In this document: in pieces, positions 26,568-37,506 of the stretch
Position numbering within the stretch: position 1 is the stretch's first letter
How the letters are laid out: each line of letters begins with the position of its first letter
Source of the DNA: Xylographa opegraphella
Lineage: Eukaryota
Assembly (NCBI GenBank): GCA_022813865.1
Contig: JALDZX010000052.1
Location: 62,001-126,000 of the forward strand
DNA length: 64,000 bases
Reading direction: 5' to 3'
Translations under genes and position numbers: made by a program
Notes under the pieces: generated by a model
Databases searched by the model: none
Told to the model about the DNA's origin: nothing
Seen by the model: only the letters and a program-made list of their open reading frames with translations

Positions 26568-28418
26568 ATGATAACGCGAAGCGCTTCCCCAAGGGCAACC
26601 CGGAAAGCCTGCTTTTTATACTCGTGTTTACTTCTCCTAGCTTTCGGTAATGTTCATGGATTGCAGCTTGATGGTGCCAGGTTGGCAAGAAATGCGCCTT
26701 CAACCCCACCCACGTCGTTCGAGTCACCGAGCACTTTGGTCAACCAGAACGAATTGCCTTCGTCACAATGGGGGAGCATTATACCTCAAGCACAGCAATC
26801 AAGACAAGAACGAGGGAGTACTGTGGAGTCTTTCAAGAGCTTTCCTGCTCTTCTTGACGCCTTGGATGTCATGCAATCCAGCTACTTTGAGGTCTGGCAG
26901 GGAATTTGGCCCAAGGCCATTGACTGGACAGCTGCCGTCGTGGGGACCTATGTTTCTGCGTCTCTAAGCGCTATCACAAGGTCGGACTGGTATAGAGACG
27001 AGGTTGCAGCGGCCACCGTTCTTCGCTCACCGCATAATGTCACGATACCCGAAAACCTCATCAATAAATACTTCTCGCACACTCTCTCCTTCTATTACGG
27101 CGAACATGCATTTGCTCTACGAGGACAGGCGTTCGATGATATGCTTTGGGTCGTGCTAGGCTGGTTAGAGAGCATAAAGTTCATCAGTCTGCATTCAGAT
27201 CTACACTATAAGTCTCTGGAAGGTCTAAATGAATCTTCGATATGGTACGCAAGACAGTTTATACCCGCGTTTGCTCACCGGGCGAGGGTCTTCTATGACC
27301 TAGCATCCAAAGGCTGGGACACATCCTTGTGCGATGGAGGAATGATCTGGAGTCCTTACCTAACGCCCTATAAGAACGCCATTACCAATCAGCTATATAT
27401 TTCAGCGAGTGTCAGTATGTACTTGCATTTTCCAGGAGACTACAATTCGTCTCCTTTCATGTCGACATCCAAGGATTCTCGAGACGGAAAACTACGTCCT
27501 GCAACGCCTCACGACCCGAAGTATTTGGAGGCGGCCGTGAAAGGATATAAGTGGTTGGTGTCAAGTAACATGACGAATAGAAAAGGCCTCTTCGTTGATG
27601 GGTTTCACATCAGAGGCTGGCGTGGAGACGGCCGTAATGGCAGCACTGGGAGCGGTCAATGTGATGTAAGAGACGAACAAGTGTATACATACAATCAAGG
27701 CGTTATTCTTTCCGGTTTACGAGGATTATGGGAAGCAACAGGCGCTTGGAATTACCTTGAAGATGGGCACAAGCTGATCCGGAATGTCATATCTGCCACA
27801 GGCTGGGGTATCGAAGATGCGGACGAGCGGCGCAAATGGGCCGGTATCGGGAGGAACGGCATACTGGAAGAATCCTGTGATGCAAAAGGCACCTGCAGCC
27901 AGGATGGCCAAACGTTTAAAGGCATCTTCTTCCACCATATGACAGCGTTTTGCGCGTCTCTGCCTGTTGGCGATGTGAAGCAAGTGCCTTTCAGTGCCAG
28001 CGCCGATCTGGCAAGTGTCCATACAAAGAGTTGTCAGGAATATGGACCCTGGATCAGACATAACGCCGAAGCCGCTTACCGAACACGAGATAGCAAAGGG
28101 AGATTCGGAACGTGGTGGACGTACGGTTTGTGGCATAACGATACTGCCCCTGATAACATAAATACCGAGGTTCCTGATCAAGGTACGGATTACAGGAATT
28201 ACGGTGTACCTAAAACCCGACTCTGGCGATTCGCGAACCATCTATCTGAATCATTCCCCGAGGATGTTATGCCTGGATCAGAAGTCTCAACCCCCGACAG
28301 CCAAAATTGGTCCAGGGACCCAAATGGGCGTGGACGGGGAAGGACGGTTGAAACACAAAGTGGCGGGGTCGCTGTTCTGAGGGCTTTATACGGAGTTGCG
28401 GACACTGGGTGGGGATAA
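26568..28418 (+). CDS. Glycoside hydrolase family 76 (alpha-1,6-mannanase-like) protein, secreted
   Basis: Signal-like hydrophobic stretch, catalytic DD motif (AFDDMLWVVLGW), CDGGMIW, YKNAITNQLY, YTYNQGVILSGL, FKGIFFHH. Single exon. Confidence 0.88.
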   Translation: MITRSASPRATRKACFLYSCLLLLAFGNVHGLQLDGARLARNAPSTPPTSFESPSTLVNQNELPSSQWGSIIPQAQQSRQERGSTVESFKSFPALLDALDVMQSSYFEVWQGIWPKAIDWTAAVVGTYVSASLSAITRSDWYRDEVAAATVLRSPHNVTIPENLINKYFSHTLSFYYGEHAFALRGQAFDDMLWVVLGWLESIKFISLHSDLHYKSLEGLNESSIWYARQFIPAFAHRARVFYDLASKGWDTSLCDGGMIWSPYLTPYKNAITNQLYISASVSMYLHFPGDYNSSPFMSTSKDSRDGKLRPATPHDPKYLEAAVKGYKWLVSSNMTNRKGLFVDGFHIRGWRGDGRNGSTGSGQCDVRDEQVYTYNQGVILSGLRGLWEATGAWNYLEDGHKLIRNVISATGWGIEDADERRKWAGIGRNGILEESCDAKGTCSQDGQTFKGIFFHHMTAFCASLPVGDVKQVPFSASADLASVHTKSCQEYGPWIRHNAEAAYRTRDSKGRFGTWWTYGLWHNDTAPDNINTEVPDQGTDYRNYGVPKTRLWRFANHLSESFPEDVMPGSEVSTPDSQNWSRDPNGRGRGRTVETQSGGVAVLRALYGVADTGWG

Positions 28419-29750
28419 AAGCGCCTTCGGCGTCGATGCCATGCGAGTTCTTGACATCTCAAAAAGCATGGACCGTCTGCCATGCTCGGAAAACATCTAT
28501 GCCCCGGTGGCTGGTAGGCACTGAAGCCGTCATTGACGTGCATGGAACATGGGTAAGCAGCGTTTAACCTGAGCATGTTTACTCGTATTCCTTCATCCCG
28601 AGCATTGTCTAAGAGTAGACCCATATGTAGAACAATCGCAGAAACGAGAACGAGTGCTGTATGCCCTCGGGCTTGAAGTGTCATTCAATCGTCAGATTCG
28701 ATTCCCACGTCGGCGTGCTGGTGTCAGTTACATTGAGAAAGATGACCTATGGCGGCGTTGCACGCAGAGTTAAGGATACAATCTCATCCAGATGGCTTTG
28801 ACATGGACAGCATTGCGGCGCTCGCCATCCGGGGACGTTGGTTCTGCCCATGTGCAAAGCGACCGGCAATGAGTCTCTCGTCGGAGATATTAATGCTCAC
28901 CTAGAGGAAACGAGGACAATTGACGGACTTTGGCTTCATGGCTTGAAGATTCTCCAGTTGGATTCGGGTAACGTGGATTGGAAAAGGAATCGAGCAGTGA
29001 GAACACTTTGGTACTTGTATCATTATTTGCGCTTAATTGGCCTCAATATACCACATTTTGCTGTTACAACATGACCTACAGTGAGCGTTCATGCACCAAA
29101 CAAATGCAGTATCAGCGGCACAAAACCATCAGTGTCAGCGTAACAGCATCCGGCTTCGCTCTACAGGCTGATATCGATTCCACTTGTTTGATAGATCGGA
29201 CTGAAAACTGTCAACCTCACATAGGATTGAATCGTCGTCCAACTCAGGACTCCGAAAATGGTAGGTGCTGCTTACTCGCCGTAGACAGAGATAAGCCGTA
29301 AGCGGAATGGGAATGGGAATAAGAAGATGGGATTTTAACTTGCAGATAGGGACTCGCTAGGAGTTTAGGGGCCCCGCCAGGCGATAACCCCCACCTATGC
29401 CGCTGAGCCCACGGCCCAAGCTCCTCGGGTAGGTACAGAATTAGCTGATTACCTAAGGTACGTGCCTGGTATTAGCGGTCTTGGCAGCACCATCGACTTC
29501 ACCGCTCGCGAATGGAGCTTCCCTATTCGGCTGCCTATCTATCTACCTACCTGGTATGAAGCACTCAATCGGTCGTGTCGACCAAGCCCTCTAATCGAGG
29601 CTTCACCTGCAGGCACAATGCAAGTTCGCATTGTGGAGAGGCTCTGTCTTCGGACTGAACCCATCATGCAACTCTATAAGACCGATCGCACCCGGCGTTC
29701 AAAGCGTACACGCTTCTCCACTCGTGTCGTCTCCGGGCAGTTGGGGTATC

Positions 29751-31992
29751 ATGGCGTTCAAGTCGATGCTTCTCGTTCTGCTGGCCACCGTAAGCCACAT
29801 TGGTGTGGCCCAGTTGGTTTCAACCGGTATGACAGCAGTCCTCAATGACATTCCATATTATATTCCTGCTGCTCCGGTCGCAACGATACAGATCCGCCCG
29901 AATCAGCTGAATGCGGGAAGTTCTGCGGCCGGTCTGGTGCCTTTGACTGTCGTTGGGACGACTTCCCTTACGTTCAATGAATCTGATCTTGAGGTGATAA
30001 TTGCCAACTATGCGGCCAGCGATGATGTGTTCCAGACCGGCTTTCTCCAAGGTACGTGTAGCCTTCGTCTGTTTCTGTGGGCGCAAAATCACTGCTTTCT
30101 AAGGACGAGCCTTTTGGTTTGCGTGGCGGCTTTTTGTTGCACAGCTGTTTGCCTCGTGGCTTTGCTTACAGTTTGCGATTGAGTCCAAGTTTCCTTAATA
30201 GAGGTTCTTCGGGATCTTACTAGTGGCAAATGTATACTGATGTTGGTTAGCGATTTATATTGAGTATACGGGAAGTCTCGCTCCTGGCCCCAAAACACCA
30301 TTCACGACGTCGGTTGCTTCCAACGTGACTCTGCTGGGGACCTCGATCGATAACCCAGCGGAGATCCTGGGCTCTAGTTTGGCCCCTGGACCCTACTTTG
30401 TGTCTTCTACTGGTAGCATCTTTCAGGCTTACAGACTCTACTCTGACTTTGCTGGAGCATTTACCCAACCCTTGATCCCAGCGGCAAATGGTACATATGC
30501 TGCTTTACCTGCCGCTATCCCCGGTATTCAAGGACCATCGACGGTTGCAGTTCCATCCCGTCTTTACTACGCAGTTACACCGGAGCAACCACTGGCTGGC
30601 ATAAGACTAGGAGTCAAGGATATATACGACATTGCCGGAGTGAAGACCAGTGACGGCAATCGTGCCTGGTATAATTTGTATCCTGCCGCCAATGTATCGG
30701 CCCTTGCTGTGCAGAGATTGATCGACGCTGGTGCTGTGATAGTTGGTAAAATGAAGACGAGTCAATTTGCCAACGGCGAGGAAGCTACGGCGGATTGGTG
30801 GGTTTTTCTAATCTGGTTGATCTAGTCTTGCTCAACCTTATTTGCAGGGTTGATTACCACTCTCCTTTCAACCCTAGGGGCGATGGCTACCAAGACCCTT
30901 CATCCTCATCTTCCGGACCAGGTGCAGGAATGGGATCATACCCTTGGCTCGATCTTACCATCGGCTCAGACACGGGAGGTTCCATACGCGGGCCATCCCA
31001 GGTGCAAGGCCTGTTTGGCAATCGACCATCACATGGTCTTGTCGCCCTCACTGGAGTTATGCCACTTGCTCCACAGCTCGACACTGGTGGATTCTTGTGC
31101 CGTGACCCCTCAATTTGGGCTGCCGCAGGCAAGGTTTTGTACCCTCAATTAACCTTTTATAACCAATACCCAAAGATCATCCAGACCATTGGCTTCCCGG
31201 AATCAGGTGATACGGACTCTGATGCTCTTGTACTGAGTTTCTTGAGCAAACTCGGGTCCTTTTTGTCTGCGAAGACAACCGTTCTGAACTTGACTACGCT
31301 ATGGGAAGCCACAAAACCGGCGTTTGCACCAGCATCACTGACCTCGTTGTTGAACCTTACATATCCTATACTCATTTCAAAAGAGCAGATTATGCTTGTC
31401 AGAGATCCATTTTATGCTGATTACGCTGCTATTCATGATGGTCGACTTCCTTTTGTGGATCCTGCGCCGCTCGCCCGCTGGGCGTTCGGGGACTCTTATC
31501 CAAACTCAACTCTGACGGACGCAATCAATAACAAAACGACGTTTATGGATTGGTGGAGCATGTATGTTACCAAGAATGACTCGGTCACTTGCTCAGATAG
31601 TCTAGTTCTGTATGTTGGAAGTACGGCGGATCGCCAGAACTACCGAAACCAATACAGTGGGTACGTACAAACCGAATGAGATTGGGAGCGGGAGCTGCCA
31701 GTTATGCTAATACCATTGTTGCTGTAGTCCTCCGGGGATCCCGTATGGGTTCAGCAGTGGCCGCATATCACCTTTCAGCGAAGTGCCTGATATGGTTGTA
31801 CCCATTGGCCAGGCTTCATACTTCTCTAATATTACTCTACATACGGAATATCTCCCTGTAACGATTGACTTCCTTGCAGCCAAGGGTTGCGACGGAATGA
31901 TTTTCCAGTTGATCGAGGATCTAAGGGCGGCTGGGATCGTCAATGCCACTCTGGCCGGACAGACTATTGATGGAGGGCAGATACTTTTCTAG
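29751..31992 (+). CDS. Secreted amidase-signature family protein (GatA-like amidase)
   Basis: Signal peptide [14 protein letters not shown]. Catalytic Lys in [45 protein letters not shown]. Introns at about 30052-30250, 30798-30848 and 31661-31728. Confidence 0.87.
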
Positions 31993-32442
31993 TTTGGCAT
32001 TTCTTGGAAGAGTACCTAGCATGCTTCTCTTTCAAAGTTTTTCTCCAGTGTTTTCATCCTCGACAGAGGGTGGATACTGCATAACGATTGAAAATTTCAA
32101 TATAGTATATTAAATAATAAAACAAAAACGTAATACAATTGAAAGCGCCATTTTCGATACGAACTTTGTTCGAGTTATTTATATTAATATAAGCTAAAGC
32201 TATAGCTCTTTACAAATTAATTCTATACTTTTTACCATCAACCTTCGAAATAATAACGATACGATTTGAACAATTATCATTAACTTCCAGAATCGTGCCA
32301 ATTACTTGACTGTAACTACGATCATTGGTTAAGGATTACGAGTCGTGCGTCTTATTTTCTTCTTCATTAACACGACCGAATTCCAGGCCTCAGCCTTGAC
32401 GACATTCATATATTACACTCTACAAAATTTTGTCGAAATCGA

Positions 32443-32600
32443 GGCATCTTGGCCGAGTGGTTATGGCGCAGGGTAAGCTCACCAAAATCCAAGATTCCGC
32501 ACCGGCCCAGATATTGACTTTATCCCCCCCCCCCCCAGTTTCAGGTCCATATCTCATACCTGTTGGTAAAACAGCGAGGGTTCGAATCCCTCAGATGTCA
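32443..32600 (+). tRNA. tRNA-Leu(CAG), interrupted by two introns (32473-32538 spliceosomal-type; 32546-32556 canonical 37/38)
   Basis: Acceptor stem GGCATCT/AGATGTC plus discriminator A. D arm GCC-GAGTGGTTAT-GGC. After removing both inserts the anticodon arm is CAGGT-TTCAGGT-ACCTG (5 Watson-Crick pairs, U33, CAG, G37). 13-nt class II variable arm, T arm GAGGG-TTCGAAT-CCCTC, T5 terminator. Confidence 0.9.
32473..32538 (+). other. Putative spliceosomal (GT-AG) intron within the tRNA gene, between tRNA positions 30 and 31
   Basis: 5' GTAAGC, branch-like TATTGAC (32512-32518), pyrimidine tract TTTAT-C13, 3' CAG. At 66 nt it is the same size class as mRNA introns in this window. Exact GT..AG excision restores the anticodon stem. 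Confidence 0.8.
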
Positions 32601-32605
32601 TTTTT
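32601..32605 (+). terminator. RNA polymerase III terminator (T-run)
   Basis: TTTTT immediately after the tRNA discriminator base, followed by another T4 run. Confidence 0.8.
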
Positions 32606-33560
32606 GTTCTTTTGCTTCTGCATGCTACGAAAACTGTGTGTAAGCGGTCGTGGATACTTGATCTTATGCGGGGATAAGCCTCGGCGTTCGGGTCTGAGCA
32701 GGTGCCACGCCAGGGCGAGGATTTTGAGTCACCTAAATGCACGTTAAGAGACGATACCTTACTTTATCCCGAAGACCGCGACTTTTCATATTTCTTACTG
32801 TGAACTCTATCCTGGGATAGAATGGGGGTTTATTCCAGATTTTCTATTTTGACGGTCTGCTGTATCCTATTCGGCATTCCTCTAGTCACAACACGCCTTT
32901 CGGTACTCACGAACTACATGAAGCGTACGATGGGGGATCGTGTGCCTGTGTACGTTTTGGGGAGGCTACCCTTAGGACCATCGTGGCCGATATGGACAAT
33001 GGCGAATGAACTCCTAGAGTCGCAGTTCCACTAGGACGACCAGGGAGAGTGTATGAATGATTATTATAGGAAGGGTGAAGAAGTTTACGGTTACAGGCAT
33101 TGGTATAATTGCTGTATGGCTGATGGTACGATACACATCTGTTCGCTCTTGGTATGAGGGACACGTCGATACGAGGTCCTCCAACCCAAATCTGCATGTA
33201 GTCAAGTGAGATCAAGATGGATATGGTATTCCGGGATTGCCTCTTGTGCATGCCACATGCTCTCGAAGAAATGATGGGTTCTTCTGGGTCGATAGAGCGA
33301 CGTGGGAGCCTCTTCAGCTGTGGGTATGGTCTAGGTATGGACATGTATCAAATATTAGCACCAGGCTTGGAAATTCGCTGGCTCATTCACTGGCTTGTGC
33401 CTCGAAGTTTCTCAAAATTTCGGTTTTTGAAGGTTAAGCTTCACTCATGTCTTCACGACTAGGAAATCTGTATAGTGTGTGTTCTTTGCCATATTATATC
33501 CAGGCAAATGGCATGTCACCGTATTGTGTGTGATTGAGGACAGTGTTCCGATCAGACCGT

Positions 33561-34463
33561 CTATATCAGACTGATGATATGTCCCGGTCCAGACCAATCC
33601 GGGTCTGATTCAGTCTGAGGGACAAATGAGCCGATTCTTGTGCCATCGCGTGCCATAGTATAGATTTCAGCACTCCCCTTGCTGTGGCTCACGATTTTCC
33701 GAAGGTCACCAGATACGTGCGGAATCAAAGTGGTTGGGGACTGCCAGGACTTGAACGTTAGACCGTAGGAACCTTCTCGTAAGAAACGCAGGCAGGCCCC
33801 GACAGGTATTACCACTGCGCCGCCCGGGCTCATAATCTGAGGGACAAAAGAACCAGTTCTTTTGCTATCGCGATAGCAGTATATTTCAGCACGTAGGATT
33901 CCCACAATTATGTCCCTGTCTTGAGCGAGAGTCGAATAGCTTTCGGGTCAAGCTCGCCAGAGAGCACAACCGTATTGCAGAATTGGAGCATTGCATTCAG
34001 CTACTTCTTCCTCAAAGCCATCACGCCTCGGGTCACATACTCCGGAGTATTGACGCTGTGCACGACGCCCACCGATCTTTGATATCGATACAGTGTGCTC
34101 CATGGCACATTCGGCTACAGAGCGTTCATGAATAGTTGCGTTCTCGTCCACTGAGCGTTTGGTGATGCTGCGATTGACATGGTACTACATGTTAGTGACC
34201 CCGTGAGGATTGCAATCGAGGCAGGAGAGATAACCTGACCGCTTGAAAAGTCAAGCTTTTCGTCATGAGGAAGCCGATTCCATCATTGCTGTATTATGCA
34301 GATATGATACTCTATCCGTCTGCTAAGACATGTCAATTGGTACAGATATCGCAGTCTCAATATTATGTCCAGGGCCTAGATGTATTTCCGGCACATAATT
34401 TCAACAGATTATTCAGCAAAGGATACAGTTGTCAAGCCAAGCAAGGGCAGAAGAGATGGACAT
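33561..34463 (-). pseudogene. Possible decayed secreted-protein gene with an internal duplication
   Basis: ORFs 33948..34151 and 33561..33905 share a frame separated by one TGA. There is a branch/acceptor CACTAACATGTAG upstream, a frameshifted signal-peptide-like segment after ATG 34463, and a repeated peptide AEIY..RD..R.GSFVPQ. Confidence 0.3.
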
Positions 34464-34917
34464 TATTGTACTGTGTAAGGTACACCGTAGAGTAGTTTTA
34501 GTGGTGGTCCGACTGTGGAGTCCAAGAGCACGCTATCCTAAACCCTAGCGCCATTTTGCCATTTCGTCATTTCGTCAATTACCGAACTTCCCAAATTTTC
34601 CCCGTGAAGACACACACACACCTAACGGTAGATACCTTAGAATAGATATTTAGTCTACCTTCAAACGACCAGACTACCTTACCATGACCTATCGATCTTC
34701 GCTCTGCACTAACTAACAGAAGCCCGTCCGTTCCACCAACAGCCGTACCTTCCCCAGATTGACGTCACGGCCAATTCTTTCACTATTGATGACCCAACGA
34801 TCAAGTGATGGCTGTCAAAGTAGTGCCCCTTCGCTCTCGAGTTTCTCCATTGTTGCGACGTTTTACTCCTTGCGTGTCCTTCTCCCCCTGTCTCAAGCAA
34901 TTGAACAATAAATTCCA

Positions 34918-37068
34918 ATGCAGTCATTTCTACAGTACCGGCGCTTCAGAAAAAACGTCACTTCCCAATATGAGGCTCATCGTGAAAAAGTACTGGCATC
35001 GGATCGCAATCGACATAATAGTGGAGAATCGTCTCCTACGTTAGGCCGCATCTCAAACACAGACCTTCCGCCTTCAAGGCTTTCGTCCAATAGGCAGGAT
35101 CCGGAGAAGGCCGAGTCTCTCGATCAACAAGGTTTTGAGGGAGGAGATGAAGGCGCTGAAGTGGCTTCGTCTACATCCGACAACCGACTGGAAGCAGATC
35201 GCCGTCCAGAATTCAGCCCGTTAAGAACAGCGCAAACTCAACACAGTGTTGGCACTAACATAGGCTATGCTATGACTGGCATTGAGGTGCGGGATCGAAC
35301 ACGCTCGAAGGAAATGGCAGGAGGCAATAGTAAAGTCTTTGTGGTTGGGTATGAGGGAGAGGACGACATGATGGTATATAGCTTGCCACTTGACTCCTCC
35401 AGCCGCTGACTCTCTTTCATGCAGAATCCCCACAATTGGAGTCGATCGACGAGGTGGGGAGCTACGTGAGTTACCAACACCGATGGCCCCTGATCGAATG
35501 CTTACAACCATAAGGGGCACAATTGCGTCAATCGGCTGGATCGTTGGATTTGCCTCAAGTATCGATTCGGGAGCACTGCCACAAGCTGCCGCAGAATTTG
35601 GAGTGAGCGAAGTTACAGAGTCCCTAGCTACTGGGCTCTTTCTCATTGGCTTCGGATGTGGCGCGCTCATTGCTGGCCCAATATCGGAGACTGTGGGTAG
35701 GAATCCTGTCTACATTACTACGCTGTCCCTCTACATGATCTTTGTCATGGCATCAGGACTCGCCCCAAATATCGGAGCACAATTGGCCTTTCGGTTCCTG
35801 GCTGGGCTCTTCGGCTCGACGCCATTGACCTGCGCAGGCGGCTCCGTCTCCGACCTGTGGTCTCCTATGGAGAGGACCTATGCCTTTCCGGTTTTTGCCA
35901 ATGCTGCTTTTATGGGGCCTATCTTTGGTAAGTAGTCCAAGTCGAATTCATTCCAATGGTGCCAATTGACCTTGTGCGAGAAATGTCTGTTTATATGTCT
36001 TACCGATCGTTGCCTTCTATTTGTTGATTATTTATTATTGATACCCCTAATTCACTTTTCGACTTCTGTTTTTAGCATCCTACGGCCATACCATTAATTC
36101 GTCTAGTAACACACACTCCTTACTAATCACCTCCTCAATCAGGTCCTGTTGTCGGCGGCTTCATCGGTCAAAATACCAACATCACTTGGCGCTGGGTCGA
36201 ATGGGTCGCATTGATCATCTCTGGCCTCATCCTAGTCCTCGTCGTCCTTTTTCAACCCGAAACCTACCCCCCTATCCTCCTCAAATGGAAAGCTGCACAC
36301 CTCCGCGCTGTCACCGGCGAGCCACGCTATCGTGCGGAAGTCGAGATTCGCGAGGACACGTTTTTCCGGCGCATTCGGACCGCGCTCTACCGTCCCTTTT
36401 TGCTCACCTTTCGCGAGCCCATCATTATGCTCTTCGCTCTGTATCTCACAGTCATCTACATCATGCTCTTCACCTTCCTAAACGGCTATACCTTCATTTT
36501 CACCGAAATCTACGGCTTATCGCAGGGGCTCACCGGCCTTGCTTTCCTCGGCATCGCCATCGGCCTATGTAGCGCCTCGTTACTCGTGCCCATCATATAC
36601 CGTTGGGCACAGAATGACCTCGCGAAGATCAAAGCTGCAGGCGGCGAACGCCTGCCGCCGGAGTTTCGCCTTTGGTTCAGCATGTTCGGTGCGCCAGCGG
36701 TTCCTATCTCCATGTTCTGGATGGCCTGGACGTCCTATCCGTCCATCTCGGTGTGGTCGCCGCTGGCAGCGACTGTGTTGTTCGGCTACGGTATTTTGTG
36801 TATCTTCATCAGCTGCTACCAGTACATCATTGACAGCTATGAGGTATTCTCGGCCAGCGCCCTCGCCAGTGTAACGCTAATTCGATATGTGGCGGCGGGC
36901 GGCATGGTCGAAGTGGCAATACCAATGTATACGAAGCTGGGGGTGCACTGGACGCTGAGTTTGCTGGGGTTCTTGAGCTTACTACTGGTACCGGTGCCGT
37001 ATTTGTTCTATTTTTATGGGCCAAGGATACGGAAGATGAGCAAGTATGCTGTCGTTCATGATGATTGA
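34918..37068 (+). CDS. MFS transporter, drug:H+ antiporter-1 (DHA1) family
   Basis: NPHNWS motif, GPISETVGRNPVY, RFLAGLFGSTPLTCAGGSVSDLWSPMER, WRWVEW, PETYPPILL, PPEFRL. Introns at about 35373-35424, 35466-35514 and 35928-36141. Confidence 0.9.
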
Positions 37069-37506
37069 AAAGCTCCTGAGAGCTTGGCCTTTTGATGAGG
37101 GGCACAGATCTATTGCTTTACTTCTGGGAACAGACAGCGTTTGACATGTAGGATCGGGGCCTGACGGCATAATCCTTGGGAAATATTGGCTGGCATCTTC
37201 CACAGGCTTAGTGCATCTGGCATTGGAGTTTGCTAGCATTGCTTGTCACAGAAGTCGGCCCATAAATATTGTAATAAACAGAGCTTCGTGAATTTCGAGC
37301 TCCTAAAAAGGTGTTCGACTTGAGAAGCCTGATTTTAACGAAGCAAAGTTTATTTCATCACGCTCGTATAGCTGGAAGTGCAACTAGCCCGGATCTTTTG
37401 AGAAGAAACGCCTGTCTGCCTTGCCTGACGGTGCCACCTATCCTGCCACCCAACTCCTGAATACCTTACCGTAGCAGACGCCATAGTAGACGCCGTTGTT
37501 CCAGAG

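Noticed and set aside
32468..32563. Alternative reading of the tRNA as Leu(AAG) with one intron of about 80 nt (stem GCAGG/CCTGT, loop G-T-AAG-C)
   Set aside because: It needs G32 and C37 and leaves no position 26. It also ignores the branch site, pyrimidine tract, AG and the canonical TT-CAG-G loop downstream. Automated tools might still report it.
32822..33344. Signal-peptide-like ORF and Cys-containing fragments downstream of the tRNA
   Set aside because: Stops in all frames after the plausible acceptor; no coherent gene model.
36046..36105. Internal branch/acceptor and possible 30-nt in-frame exon in the long MFS intron
   Set aside because: Direct joining gives the conserved GPIFGPVVGGFI helix; inclusion would disrupt it and the donor is weak.
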